From: Peribolospora baueri
Taxonomy: Eukaryota
Length of the DNA: 35,506 nucleotides
NCBI GenBank assembly: GCA_029717555.1
Contig: JAMDHS010000032.1
Coordinates: 186,001 to 221,506 of the forward strand
Reading direction: 5' to 3'
The translations under genes and the position numbers were made by a program. Below the pieces are notes generated by a model. That model did no database searches, was not told the DNA's origin, and saw only the letters and a list, made by a program, of their open reading frames with translations. Of the stretch, positions 22,813 to 31,891 are shown in pieces (within the stretch, counting starts at the first letter, position 1; the number at the start of each line of letters is the position of its first letter).

Positions 22813-25800
22813 TCACAGCTCGATCAACGCGCCCCTGCACTCGCATCCCGTCGCGCCTCGGAAATCGAGGCGGCCCAACGGCGCGGCAAACGGCGGGGGT
22901 TGGTCGTCACGGCGAACGAACGCCTTGGGTCGCCACGCCGTCGTGGGAAGCGGCGAAGGATCCGGTGTGGGCACGGACATGGGCGACAGAGGCGCTCCGA
23001 CGCCGATGCGCATCGGCACCTTGGCCGTGGCGGCAGCGGTCGCGGCGTTGGCGAGGAGGCGCTGGTGATCGCGTTGCTCAAACTCGCCCATCCGACTGAG
23101 CACCCAGTTGCCGCTCATCTGTCGGTCCTCCTCCTGCTCGCCGTTGCACAGTCTGCTCGCCGCGCCGGCAGCGTTGGCGGCCACCGAGGCTGCCGCGGCG
23201 ACGCCCATCCCCATGCCACTACTGCTCGTCGGCGTGACAGCGCCGGTGGAGAAGTAGGAGCCGACAAAGGAGCCAATGTTCTGAAGGCTCAGGCGGGACA
23301 ACGTGCGGCCTGCGGCGGCGGGAGAGACGACGGACGAGGCCGGGGCGGGGAGAGAGGTGGCCGAGGAACCGGAGCCGTATTGGGCGTGCGAGCGAGCGGA
23401 GCGAGCGACGGGAGGAACGGGCGAACGTACACTTCCCCAGGCCTGTCTACCGAAGCCGACCGACGACCGAGGTGAAGGGAAGACAGAGGAACTTGCGGGG
23501 GAAGCCGCGACATCCATGACGCCCTCGTCATATTCTACCGTCTGGCCTTCCTCCTCTTCCGCACTAGCTTCGTCAACGACGAAAGGCGGCAGGTCGAGCG
23601 AGCTCTCTCGCACCTCGACCGGCGGGACCTTCTCGGCGGTGATGTGGAGGTTGAGACCGAAAAAGTCTTCCCCGCCGTCGTCGAACACGAGCTTGGCGGG
23701 ACTGGGTGTGACGGGCCCGCGAGGGAAGCGCCATTGGCGGACGAAGGACTGGGTGTGTCGGTGCTGGGTGGCCTGCTGAGAGGTGGCGTCCACGATCTCC
23801 AACGTCTGTCCTCCTCCCGGCGAGCCAACGGGGGACGAGATGGAGCTATCGGACGACGAGTTGGAGTGTTGCTGCTGTTGTTGTCGTTGTTGTTGCAGAT
23901 GCTGCTGCTGCTGTTGCTGCTCGCCGTCGGCGGCGGTGTGGTTGGACACCTGCAACTGCAACGACGACGGCCGCGCCTTCTCCGTCGGCGCCTGCGCGGA
24001 GCCGAGAGAGCCGTGCGTCTCGTCGCGTTCGAGCTCGGGCGTAGCAGGATAGCTCTCGGCAGCGAGCGAAGGAGGGTGAAGGCGTGCAACGTCATCTCGC
24101 TTCTGTTCTTGTTGTTCTTGTTCTTGTTGTTGCCCCTTCTCCTGCTCCGTCTCCTTAGCCTCCTCACCGTCGTCCTCTTCCTCCGCCTCCTCAAGCGTGT
24201 GCAACGGTCCAAGGCCAAACGTGGCGGCCGAAGCGGAAGGAGGGGGCGAAGGTGAGAGGACGTTATCGAAGCTCGTCTTCGCCAGGTCGTTGTCGATCAG
24301 GCGAAGCAGGTCGCCAGCACCGACGGCGGCGGGGAAGGCGGGACGGGCGGCAGCGGCCGAGGAGTCCTCGACGTCGGTCGCGCCGCCTTCTTCGACGGTC
24401 GTGGCCGAAGACCGCGAGAAGCTTCCGAGCGATGCGGACATGGACGACCGGCAGTTGACGGAGCCGACGGAGCTGTCGTAGGCGAAGACGTGCCTCCTCC
24501 GCGTCTCCTCATCCTCGTCCTCCCGCGCGGTGGCGGCACCCTTGGAGTCGGCAGCAAAGACGAGGTGGGGATGATGCTCTTGAGAAGAAACAGGGACCGT
24601 CTCGTCTGCCCCTTCGGTCGCCTGGAGGCGGCGGCGCAGGTGCGAATCGAGCCTGACGTTCTCCTCAACGACGCGAACGACCTCGGCCTTGGTCTGCTCG
24701 TGCGCCTCTCTCTCCTTCTCGAGCGATGCGGCAAGAGTAAAGATTTGCTGTCGCATGTCCGCCAGCAGCTGCACTGTCTGTGGCGGGGGGGCCGTCGCGG
24801 TGGGGGCGTCCACCGCTTCGATGACGCCAACGACGCCGTCGTTGCCGCCGTTGAGGGCCTGGAAGGGCGGCGAGTCGCCAAATTTGGCCTCGAGGATGGG
24901 GGAGCGAAGGATATCGGCGTGACCGGTGATGTCCGTCTCGCTCGGCTCAACATCAAGGCCAGCCTCGTCGCGGAGCCTCCTCGCCAGGTCGTCGATCCTC
25001 CGTTTGGCCACACCGACTAGCCTCTCTTCGTCATCCCCGCGCAGCTTCTCCCTCTGCACCTTCTCCTCCAGATCTTTCACGCGACCCCTCCAACCCTCCA
25101 CGTCCTCCCTGAGCGAATCGCGCTCCATCTCGGCCTCCTCGAGAGCCTGCTTGGTCTCCTCGAGCTCGGACTTGACCGCAGCCAACTCGGCCTGCTCGCT
25201 CTCTCCGCTCTCAGTGGCCGCGGCGACGAGCACGTCGCGTTCCATCTCCAGCTCCTCCAAACTGCGCATAGCCAGCTCCTTCTCCTCCTGTGACCACCTC
25301 TCCAGCTCGGCGTACTCGGCCGCCGCGCGCTCGGCCTGAGAGGCCAGCTCGCCGGTGAGCCGCTCGACCTGTTTGCGCAACGCCGCAAGCTCCGACGCGT
25401 CCCTGTCGGCGCGGGCCTGAGCGTTGGCGAGCGCGGAGGACGACACGGCGTTAGAGGCGTTGGCGGACGCCAAGGCCGCCTCTAGCTCGCGCTTCTCCCT
25501 TTCGACGTTGGCCCGCTGCTCGCGCTCGCGTGCCACCGCGGCGGCGGCGGCGGCGGAAGCGGCGGCAGTGGGGGTGGTGACGGCGAGAGAAAAGGAGACC
25601 GACGAGTTGGACCGGTCCGTCTCGGCGCTGGAGCGCGAGTCGTCGACCGAGTCGCCGGTGGACTTGTGGTAGCTGATGCTACTCTTCCTCGTCGGCGTGC
25701 CAGCCGAGCCGGGCCCGGGCCCGGCGTGGCCAGGGGAGAAGGAGGGTGTGTTGGGGGAGGAGCCAAACATGTTCCTCCTCGGTGTGGAGAGGCTGGCGGA

Positions 25801-28776
25801 ATGAGGACCGGTGGGGTGCGTCGAGCCTACGGGGCTGGAGAACGACGAGTTGGCGAGTGGAGACGTGGCGCCCGAGTCGAGGCTAGTCATGCTGCCGAGA
25901 CGAAGGCTGCGAAGGCCGGGACGCATTGGCGTAGGAGCGACTGGACTGGAGGTGGTTGTGGGCGAGGACAAGGAGGGAGAGGCGCCGGCGGAGTTCATCG
26001 TGCCTCTCATGGGAGTCTTGGCGGCCGCGGCCGACGCACGATCCTCGTTGGCTGCCGTGTGGACAGAAGCGGCGGCGTCGGACGAGGCGGCGGGCGTGGT
26101 GGACGTGAAAGGGGTGAGACCGAGTACCGGGTTCGGGTTCGGATTCAAGTTGGAAGACGTCCTAGCGGCCGACGCCGACGCGGGACCGCCGGCAGGCAAA
26201 GAAGAGGAAAAAGCAGACGGGGAAGAAGAGTTCCTCTCGATCGCCAATCCCGCAGCGTACTGAGCCTGGCTCCGAGCAAAACTCCAACCCTTGGCGGCGC
26301 CAGCCGGCAATTCCGACTCATCATCATCGACAGAGGAAGGAGGTCTAGCCAAGGGCGACGAGCGGCTGTGAACGGCGTTGTCGTCCTTGGCCTCCATTTT
26401 GGCGATTCCGGGCGGGAGGAGAGGCGAGAGTGTGGGAGAGATGTACAAGCTCGCCGGTCGGGATTTGAGCCTGAGGGGCTTGGGCTGGAGGCTTAGCCTG
26501 CGGCTATTCCTCCTACGCCGCTGCTCCTCGTCTTCGTCGTTCTCAGCTGTCGTCGAGGAAGACTCGGGGCGGCCGTCGGCGGCGGCCACCCCGCGACCCT
26601 CTGACGGGAGCGAGCGATGCGGCTGGACGGGGCTCGACTCCTCCTCTTCCTCTTCCTCAGCCAGCGTCTCCAGCCCTTCGGGACCGGCGTGGAGACCGTA
26701 GGACGAGGGCGAAGCGCCGGAGAGAGCTTGCATCTGGGCGTTACCGAAAGAGTCGAGACCGTCGCTGGGCGGGAGGGCATTGGGGGAGGAAAGCGGAGAC
26801 GAGAAAGAACCGAGGGTCGAAGTGGCCACTCCGTTCGCACCGGCGGAGGGAGCGGAGGGAGGCGGTGGCGGACCGAGGGACATGCCGAGCGACGACCGAC
26901 GGAGGCCGCCGCCATCACCGGCGTTGGTCGCGCCCGAGAGGGGCGCCAATCCGGCAATCTCGGCGAGAGGATCGAAAAAGGCTGCGCCGACGCCGCCGGG
27001 GGACGGCCTCTCGGGAACGTCGTCTCCGTGGACGCTGTCGAAATCGGGCAACACGACCGCGTCGCTGTTAGAGTCGGCCTCGCTCGGGTCCGACGACGAC
27101 GACGTGTCGGCGAAACGGGGCAGCGGGGAGAGGGACCGGCTGCGCCGTTTGGTCGGGCGGGGCGAGGCGAGTAGACTAGCGTGCGGCGAGCCGGAAGGGG
27201 ACAGGGCGGTGGAGAGGTGGCGCGGGAGGGGCGAGACGACGGCGGAGGGCGAAGGGAATCCGCCGCCGGCGGGAGCCGACAAAGGATGCGGCGGCAAAGG
27301 CGAGGTCGACCTGGACCTACCTTCGAGTGCCGCCAGCGCGCTCTCCCTGCCCGACCGATGGCCGGTATCGTCATTGTCGTCTTCGTCGTCGTCCCCGAGA
27401 CCGAGACTCTTCCAGTCCCAAGCCGTCGGAGCGCCGCTGGCAGTAGCAGCAGCAGCGGTCGAAGGACCAGCCTCGGCGCCGCTGCCGCTGCCGCTGCCGA
27501 ATGGATGCGAAGAGTTGGACATACTGTTGCCGGCGCCGTAGCTCAGCCTCCTAAACCCGCTCCGACGGTCGGCGCCGGAGGAAGCGGGCGCAGAAGCGAG
27601 GGGTGCGGAAGAAGCGGAAGGGACGACGCCGACGCCGCCCATGATCTCCATGCTCTCCCGTCGGGTGGCCACGCTCGTCCGTCGGACGTGGCGAGAAGAC
27701 CGGCGAGTGTGCTTGTTCGGCGCGCCGTCCGCCGGTTCCGATGATGGTGGAGCGACGCTCGTGGTAGAGCTTGGGGGCGGGAAGGTGAAGAGACTCGCGC
27801 TCCACGGTCGCACGCGGGGCGAGCCCGGAGGGTTGGCGGACGTCTCGTCGACGGGGTCCGGCCGCTGCTGCTCCCGGTGTTGCCGAGCGCCAAGGGCGGT
27901 CATCTGCCCGTCGACGGCCTCAGGGACCATCTCGACGGTCTTGCCGCCGGGTGGACTGGTGAGAGGGCCGTCAACGGCCGTGGGAGCCTGACCGTGGAGG
28001 CCGACGATGCTGACTGGGCGGACGCGCGTGCCGGCGGAGTGGCCGGTAAAGGCGTGCATGCCGGAGCGCGACGCGGAGCGAGAGTGGGAACGGCCGTGAG
28101 TGGGGCCAGCGAAGCTTAGCGGCCGAACGGAGGGTGCTGTAGAGGTCGAGGGGACGGAGGCCGACGACGAGGCGATGGGGATGGAGATCGAGCTCGTCCT
28201 CGAGTGGCCGCGAGCGTGTCCGGAACCGGCGGCGCCGCGACTCGGCATGCGTGCGTGGGTGCGACTCGCGCTCCGAGAGTGGGTGCGAACATGGGAGTAA
28301 TTGGTGGAGGTAGCGGCGACAGCGACAGCGACGGCGGCGGCCGCGGCGGAAGAGGAACCAAGGACGAGGCTGGAGCGCTTGGTTTCCATCGTCGTCGACG
28401 ACAGCCGGCGCGAGGCACGGAGCGCGGCGGCGGCCGAAGGGGCGATCGCTGGAGAGGCAGCCTCCTGGGACGAGGTGGAACTCGCCTTGCGTTTGTGGGT
28501 CGCTCCACCGCCAGAGGCGGCGAGCGCGGCCTGACGGGCGCGGAAAGACTTGAGCTGCGGGGAGAAGGGGCGAGAGAACGGTGGACGAGGCTCAGTCAGC
28601 GGTAGGGTGACAGTGGTCGAGCCACTTCCTTTCATGCGCTTCACGAGGGCTCGGCCACTCACCTTCTTCTTCGCGGCGGCCAGCTTATCCTCCTTCCTCC
28701 TCTGTTCCTCCCGCTGGCGCTGGAGGAAGGTCGAGTCGGCCTCAGCGGGCGATTCGCGCGGCGGGAGCGTAGACAT
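22813..28776 (-). CDS. ~1951-aa low-complexity protein with a central coiled coil, a GM130/golgin-like N-terminal basic motif and a short Cys-containing C-terminal motif; exons 28776-28663, 28554-22813
   Basis: The 1987-aa ORF contains a 108-nt in-frame intron (28662-28555: GTGAGT...CTGAC...CAG). Splicing gives EDKLAAAKKK|LKSFRARQ. An E/L/R/A-rich heptad region spans about 24650-25530, and there are poly-Q/S/A tracts. Confidence 0.8.
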   Translation of the reverse strand: MSTLPPRESPAEADSTFLQRQREEQRRKEDKLAAAKKKVSGRALVKRMKGSGSTTVTLPLTEPRPPFSRPFSPQLKSFRARQAALAASGGGATHKRKASSTSSQEAASPAIAPSAAAALRASRRLSSTTMETKRSSLVLGSSSAAAAAVAVAVAATSTNYSHVRTHSRSASRTHARMPSRGAAGSGHARGHSRTSSISIPIASSSASVPSTSTAPSVRPLSFAGPTHGRSHSRSASRSGMHAFTGHSAGTRVRPVSIVGLHGQAPTAVDGPLTSPPGGKTVEMVPEAVDGQMTALGARQHREQQRPDPVDETSANPPGSPRVRPWSASLFTFPPPSSTTSVAPPSSEPADGAPNKHTRRSSRHVRRTSVATRRESMEIMGGVGVVPSASSAPLASAPASSGADRRSGFRRLSYGAGNSMSNSSHPFGSGSGSGAEAGPSTAAAATASGAPTAWDWKSLGLGDDDEDDNDDTGHRSGRESALAALEGRSRSTSPLPPHPLSAPAGGGFPSPSAVVSPLPRHLSTALSPSGSPHASLLASPRPTKRRSRSLSPLPRFADTSSSSDPSEADSNSDAVVLPDFDSVHGDDVPERPSPGGVGAAFFDPLAEIAGLAPLSGATNAGDGGGLRRSSLGMSLGPPPPPSAPSAGANGVATSTLGSFSSPLSSPNALPPSDGLDSFGNAQMQALSGASPSSYGLHAGPEGLETLAEEEEEEESSPVQPHRSLPSEGRGVAAADGRPESSSTTAENDEDEEQRRRRNSRRLSLQPKPLRLKSRPASLYISPTLSPLLPPGIAKMEAKDDNAVHSRSSPLARPPSSVDDDESELPAGAAKGWSFARSQAQYAAGLAIERNSSSPSAFSSSLPAGGPASASAARTSSNLNPNPNPVLGLTPFTSTTPAASSDAAASVHTAANEDRASAAAAKTPMRGTMNSAGASPSLSSPTTTSSPVAPTPMRPGLRSLRLGSMTSLDSGATSPLANSSFSSPVGSTHPTGPHSASLSTPRRNMFGSSPNTPSFSPGHAGPGPGSAGTPTRKSSISYHKSTGDSVDDSRSSAETDRSNSSVSFSLAVTTPTAAASAAAAAAVAREREQRANVEREKRELEAALASANASNAVSSSALANAQARADRDASELAALRKQVERLTGELASQAERAAAEYAELERWSQEEKELAMRSLEELEMERDVLVAAATESGESEQAELAAVKSELEETKQALEEAEMERDSLREDVEGWRGRVKDLEEKVQREKLRGDDEERLVGVAKRRIDDLARRLRDEAGLDVEPSETDITGHADILRSPILEAKFGDSPPFQALNGGNDGVVGVIEAVDAPTATAPPPQTVQLLADMRQQIFTLAASLEKEREAHEQTKAEVVRVVEENVRLDSHLRRRLQATEGADETVPVSSQEHHPHLVFAADSKGAATAREDEDEETRRRHVFAYDSSVGSVNCRSSMSASLGSFSRSSATTVEEGGATDVEDSSAAAARPAFPAAVGAGDLLRLIDNDLAKTSFDNVLSPSPPPSASAATFGLGPLHTLEEAEEEDDGEEAKETEQEKGQQQEQEQQEQKRDDVARLHPPSLAAESYPATPELERDETHGSLGSAQAPTEKARPSSLQLQVSNHTAADGEQQQQQQHLQQQRQQQQQHSNSSSDSSISSPVGSPGGGQTLEIVDATSQQATQHRHTQSFVRQWRFPRGPVTPSPAKLVFDDGGEDFFGLNLHITAEKVPPVEVRESSLDLPPFVVDEASAEEEEGQTVEYDEGVMDVAASPASSSVFPSPRSSVGFGRQAWGSVRSPVPPVARSARSHAQYGSGSSATSLPAPASSVVSPAAAGRTLSRLSLQNIGSFVGSYFSTGAVTPTSSSGMGMGVAAAASVAANAAGAASRLCNGEQEEDRQMSGNWVLSRMGEFEQRDHQRLLANAATAAATAKVPMRIGVGAPLSPMSVPTPDPSPLPTTAWRPKAFVRRDDQPPPFAAPLGRLDFRGATGCECRGALIEL

Positions 28777-31077
28777 GGTGGGCGTGGCAGACGTCGGCGT
28801 CGGCGAGGCAAGTGGGAGCAGTGGGAGGATTGGGGGCCGTAGCCAAGGTCAAGATGAGGGCGGACCTGCGCAAGGAGGGAAGGGAGGGAAGGGAGAGACA
28901 CGAGGCTATCGAAGTCGGTGCAGCTGCGCTTCGAGCGAGCGACGACGACGTTCCGACGGCCGGAAGGAGAGGAGAGGGGAAGAGAGACGAGAGAGAGAGA
29001 GGCGGCGGTGCAGCGACGACGACGACGACGACGTTGGCGCAAAAAGTGCAAGTCGAACGCCGAGACGAGGCGTATGCGTCGAAGGTGCGGCCGGGCGGGG
29101 TCAGGGACGTGAGGAAAGGGAAGAAGATGTTAATGCCGCTTCGCTGTCCCTGGCTATCCTTGGGGCGGTCGTCGCGCTGGGAGCGTGGGGCGTGGGGGGT
29201 TGGAAGTTGAGAGAGCGTGGACGCGTCGAGGGAGCGGATGGGAGGGTTAGCGGATGGGACGAAAGGAAAGTGGGTTGGAAGGGAGGGAGGGGGTTGCCGA
29301 CGAGGACGGCGAGGAGACGACGAGCGAGCACGGCTGGGCTGGTGGTGGAGCGGGAGAGAAGAAGAGAAGGGCGCGGGTGATGGTGATGGATGTGAGAGAG
29401 AGAGACAAGGACGAGCGTGCGGAGGCTGACTTGGCTGGGCGAGGGCGAGGGCGTGGCCGGAGGCACTGCCAAGCGAGGGGCCACGCTCACAACGACTGCG
29501 GCAATGCCAGCGCGCCGCGCACCGGGTCGTCGGCCGGCGGCAGGCGGAGGGCAAGGCAAGCAGGCAAGCAAGGCAAGGAAGAGACAGACAGAGACGGGCC
29601 GCTGCGGCGGCGCACGTGACCGCGTTTGCCCATGCCCATGCCCATATGCGCATGAACGGGCGACCTATTTAAGAAGCAACTGGATTTGATTTCGCGAGCG
29701 CATCAAAAGGACATTTCAAAGTCGCATCAAGGCAGGGGGATTATTATTTGATAGCTTAACTCCTATGTTATGCGCAGTATTAGGTGTGACAGCCAGACAG
29801 ACGCCCGACGAGCCACAGACGAAGGACGATGGGAGCACGGCCGACGGATGGATGAGAGAGAGAGAGACAGTCAGAGATAGAAGAGAACGGACGACGGCTG
29901 TCTACATGTACGGCTGCGAGCGAGCGTCGGCGGCCTTCTTTATTACATGTTCTCTTTCCCGTCGGCATTCCTCCTTCCGGCGGAGGCAGGGAGGGATGAA
30001 GGAAGGGAAGGGTCGGATCGCCGGCCGACTCGACGGGGACAAGGAAGACAAGGAAGGAGCGAAGGAACGTCGAGCAGGGAGGGAGGGAGGGACCCGGTTA
30101 CCGGCGACGACGAGCGCGGAAAGGAAAGGAAAAAGGGTGTCAGAAATCAGGGTCACGTAAGTACGGGCGCGGGTGACGGCGCACGACCATCACGTCTTAG
30201 AATAGAACAGAAGGACAGAAGGACAGAAGGCGGACGTGGCAGAGAAGAGAAGAGAAGGACAGCTGGCGTCCGTGCGTTCGTTCTTCCGTTCAATCGCGCG
30301 GAAGAGAAGAGAAGAGAAGCCGGAGGGGGCGACGATGAATCGGGCGTAGGAGGCGGAGGAGGAGGTTTGGGAACGTTCTCAAGGCCGTCTGGTCTCAGCG
30401 GGGTCTACCTACGCGCCTAGTCTCGCTTTTCCTTCCCTCCCTCGCTGACGATGACGAGGCGGCGAGCTCAGCCTAGCTGCAGAGTGAGCGAGCTGTATGA
30501 GACGCCCATGGTTTGTTTCCTTTCAGTTTCGCCCTTCTTCACCGGTCTATCCATGGTCGATGAGCGTACACAGACAGACAGACAGACGTAGGATGGCAGG
30601 AAAAGAGAAAAGCTGCGATGCGATTCTGCCTGCCCTAATTAGGTGGAGGAACCGAGGTGGAGCTGGACGGAGAGGAGACGAGTAGAGGAGCGACGGGCGA
30701 CCGCCGGCCGCGTCTTCGGGCTGAGTCCGTCCGTGGCGTTTTGAGATCGTCCGTCGATCCGTCGCCGTCGATCCGCTCAGGTGCGTTCCTTCATCCGTCG
30801 TCGTCGTAGTCGTCGTCGTCGTCATTGTCCAACCTCGCGCGAGACCGTCGTGACGATCGATGGCTGCAGTGCCCCCCTCGGGATGGTCAGCAAGGCGTCC
30901 CCGTCCCTGTCGGACGGGCACGCGCGATCTGGAACCGAGCAAATCACGTCCGCTTGCGATTCCTTTCTTTCTTTCTTTCTTCCCTTTGTCTCTTTTTCTG
31001 GCACCCACCCGCTGGCGTCGACCTTAGACCCGGCCCATGCTGAGCTACGCACAACCCGAGGGCGTTAGTGTGTCTGT

Positions 31078-31087
31078 GTAACCCTAA
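31078..31087 (+). promoter_or_regulatory. Telobox-like element GTAACCCTAA upstream of the membrane-protein gene
   Basis: Exact reverse-complement match to 5020-5029, in an intergenic position between divergent genes. Confidence 0.35.
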
Positions 31088-31891
31088 TAACTCGCTCCCG
31101 TCTCGCGCCCGTCCCGTCTCTCCCTCGCCCCGGTTGCCAGTGACTGCGGCAGGTCAGGCGCAGGAGTGGTGTCGCCACTCGAGCGTCGTCGACCGCAGCA
31201 ACAGCCGCAGCACGGCGTCCGTCAGTTAGCGTGGCCCAGGCGGGGCGCCGAGCGAGACGAGAGTGACCCGCTTTCCGCCTTGCTTACCTCGCTCGCCATC
31301 CGCCCATCGCCCGTCTCCCGTCGTCGCCCATCCATCTCTCCCATCTCCATCCATCCATCCTCCATCTTCCCTTAACCTCTCTGACGCTCCTTTCTTCCTT
31401 CCCTCCTACTCACCCTCCTTCTCATATACCTATCCACCGCCCTCCTCCAAGGGCGCGTGCCGCTCGCTACCCACCCCCGCCCTCGCCGCGACGCCTTGCT
31501 TTTGTTTACAGTACCCCTCCCCCCGTCCTCTCGCCCGCTTCTCGACAAATACTCACTCACCTAATCCGCCCTCGCTCCTTTCCCCGCCCATCACCCTCCG
31601 CCCCTCTCTTCGCCTCCCCACCCTTTCCAGCTCGCCAGCCTCTTCTTGGAACGGCGACGGGAACGAACGACGACCGCCCCCTTCCTTCTTCATTCTTTTT
31701 CACCGAGGTGATCACCGTGCTCGTTTAGTCTGTCCATCCTCGTCCAACGGCCTACTTTCTCCTTTCTCCGTTTCCCCCTGCCAGGCTGCGCCGGTGGATA
31801 CACGCTCGCTACCTCCATTCACCTTCCCTTCTCCCGTTGCCCTTTCGGATTGGCCCCAGTCTGAGACTACGTCTCCACCCCGCTCCCTCCC

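Noticed and set aside
22824..28605. Dozens of overlapping antisense and alternate-frame ORFs (up to 293 aa) over the large coiled-coil gene
   Set aside because: Expected shadow ORFs in high-GC coding DNA: Arg/Gly/Ala-rich with no motifs.
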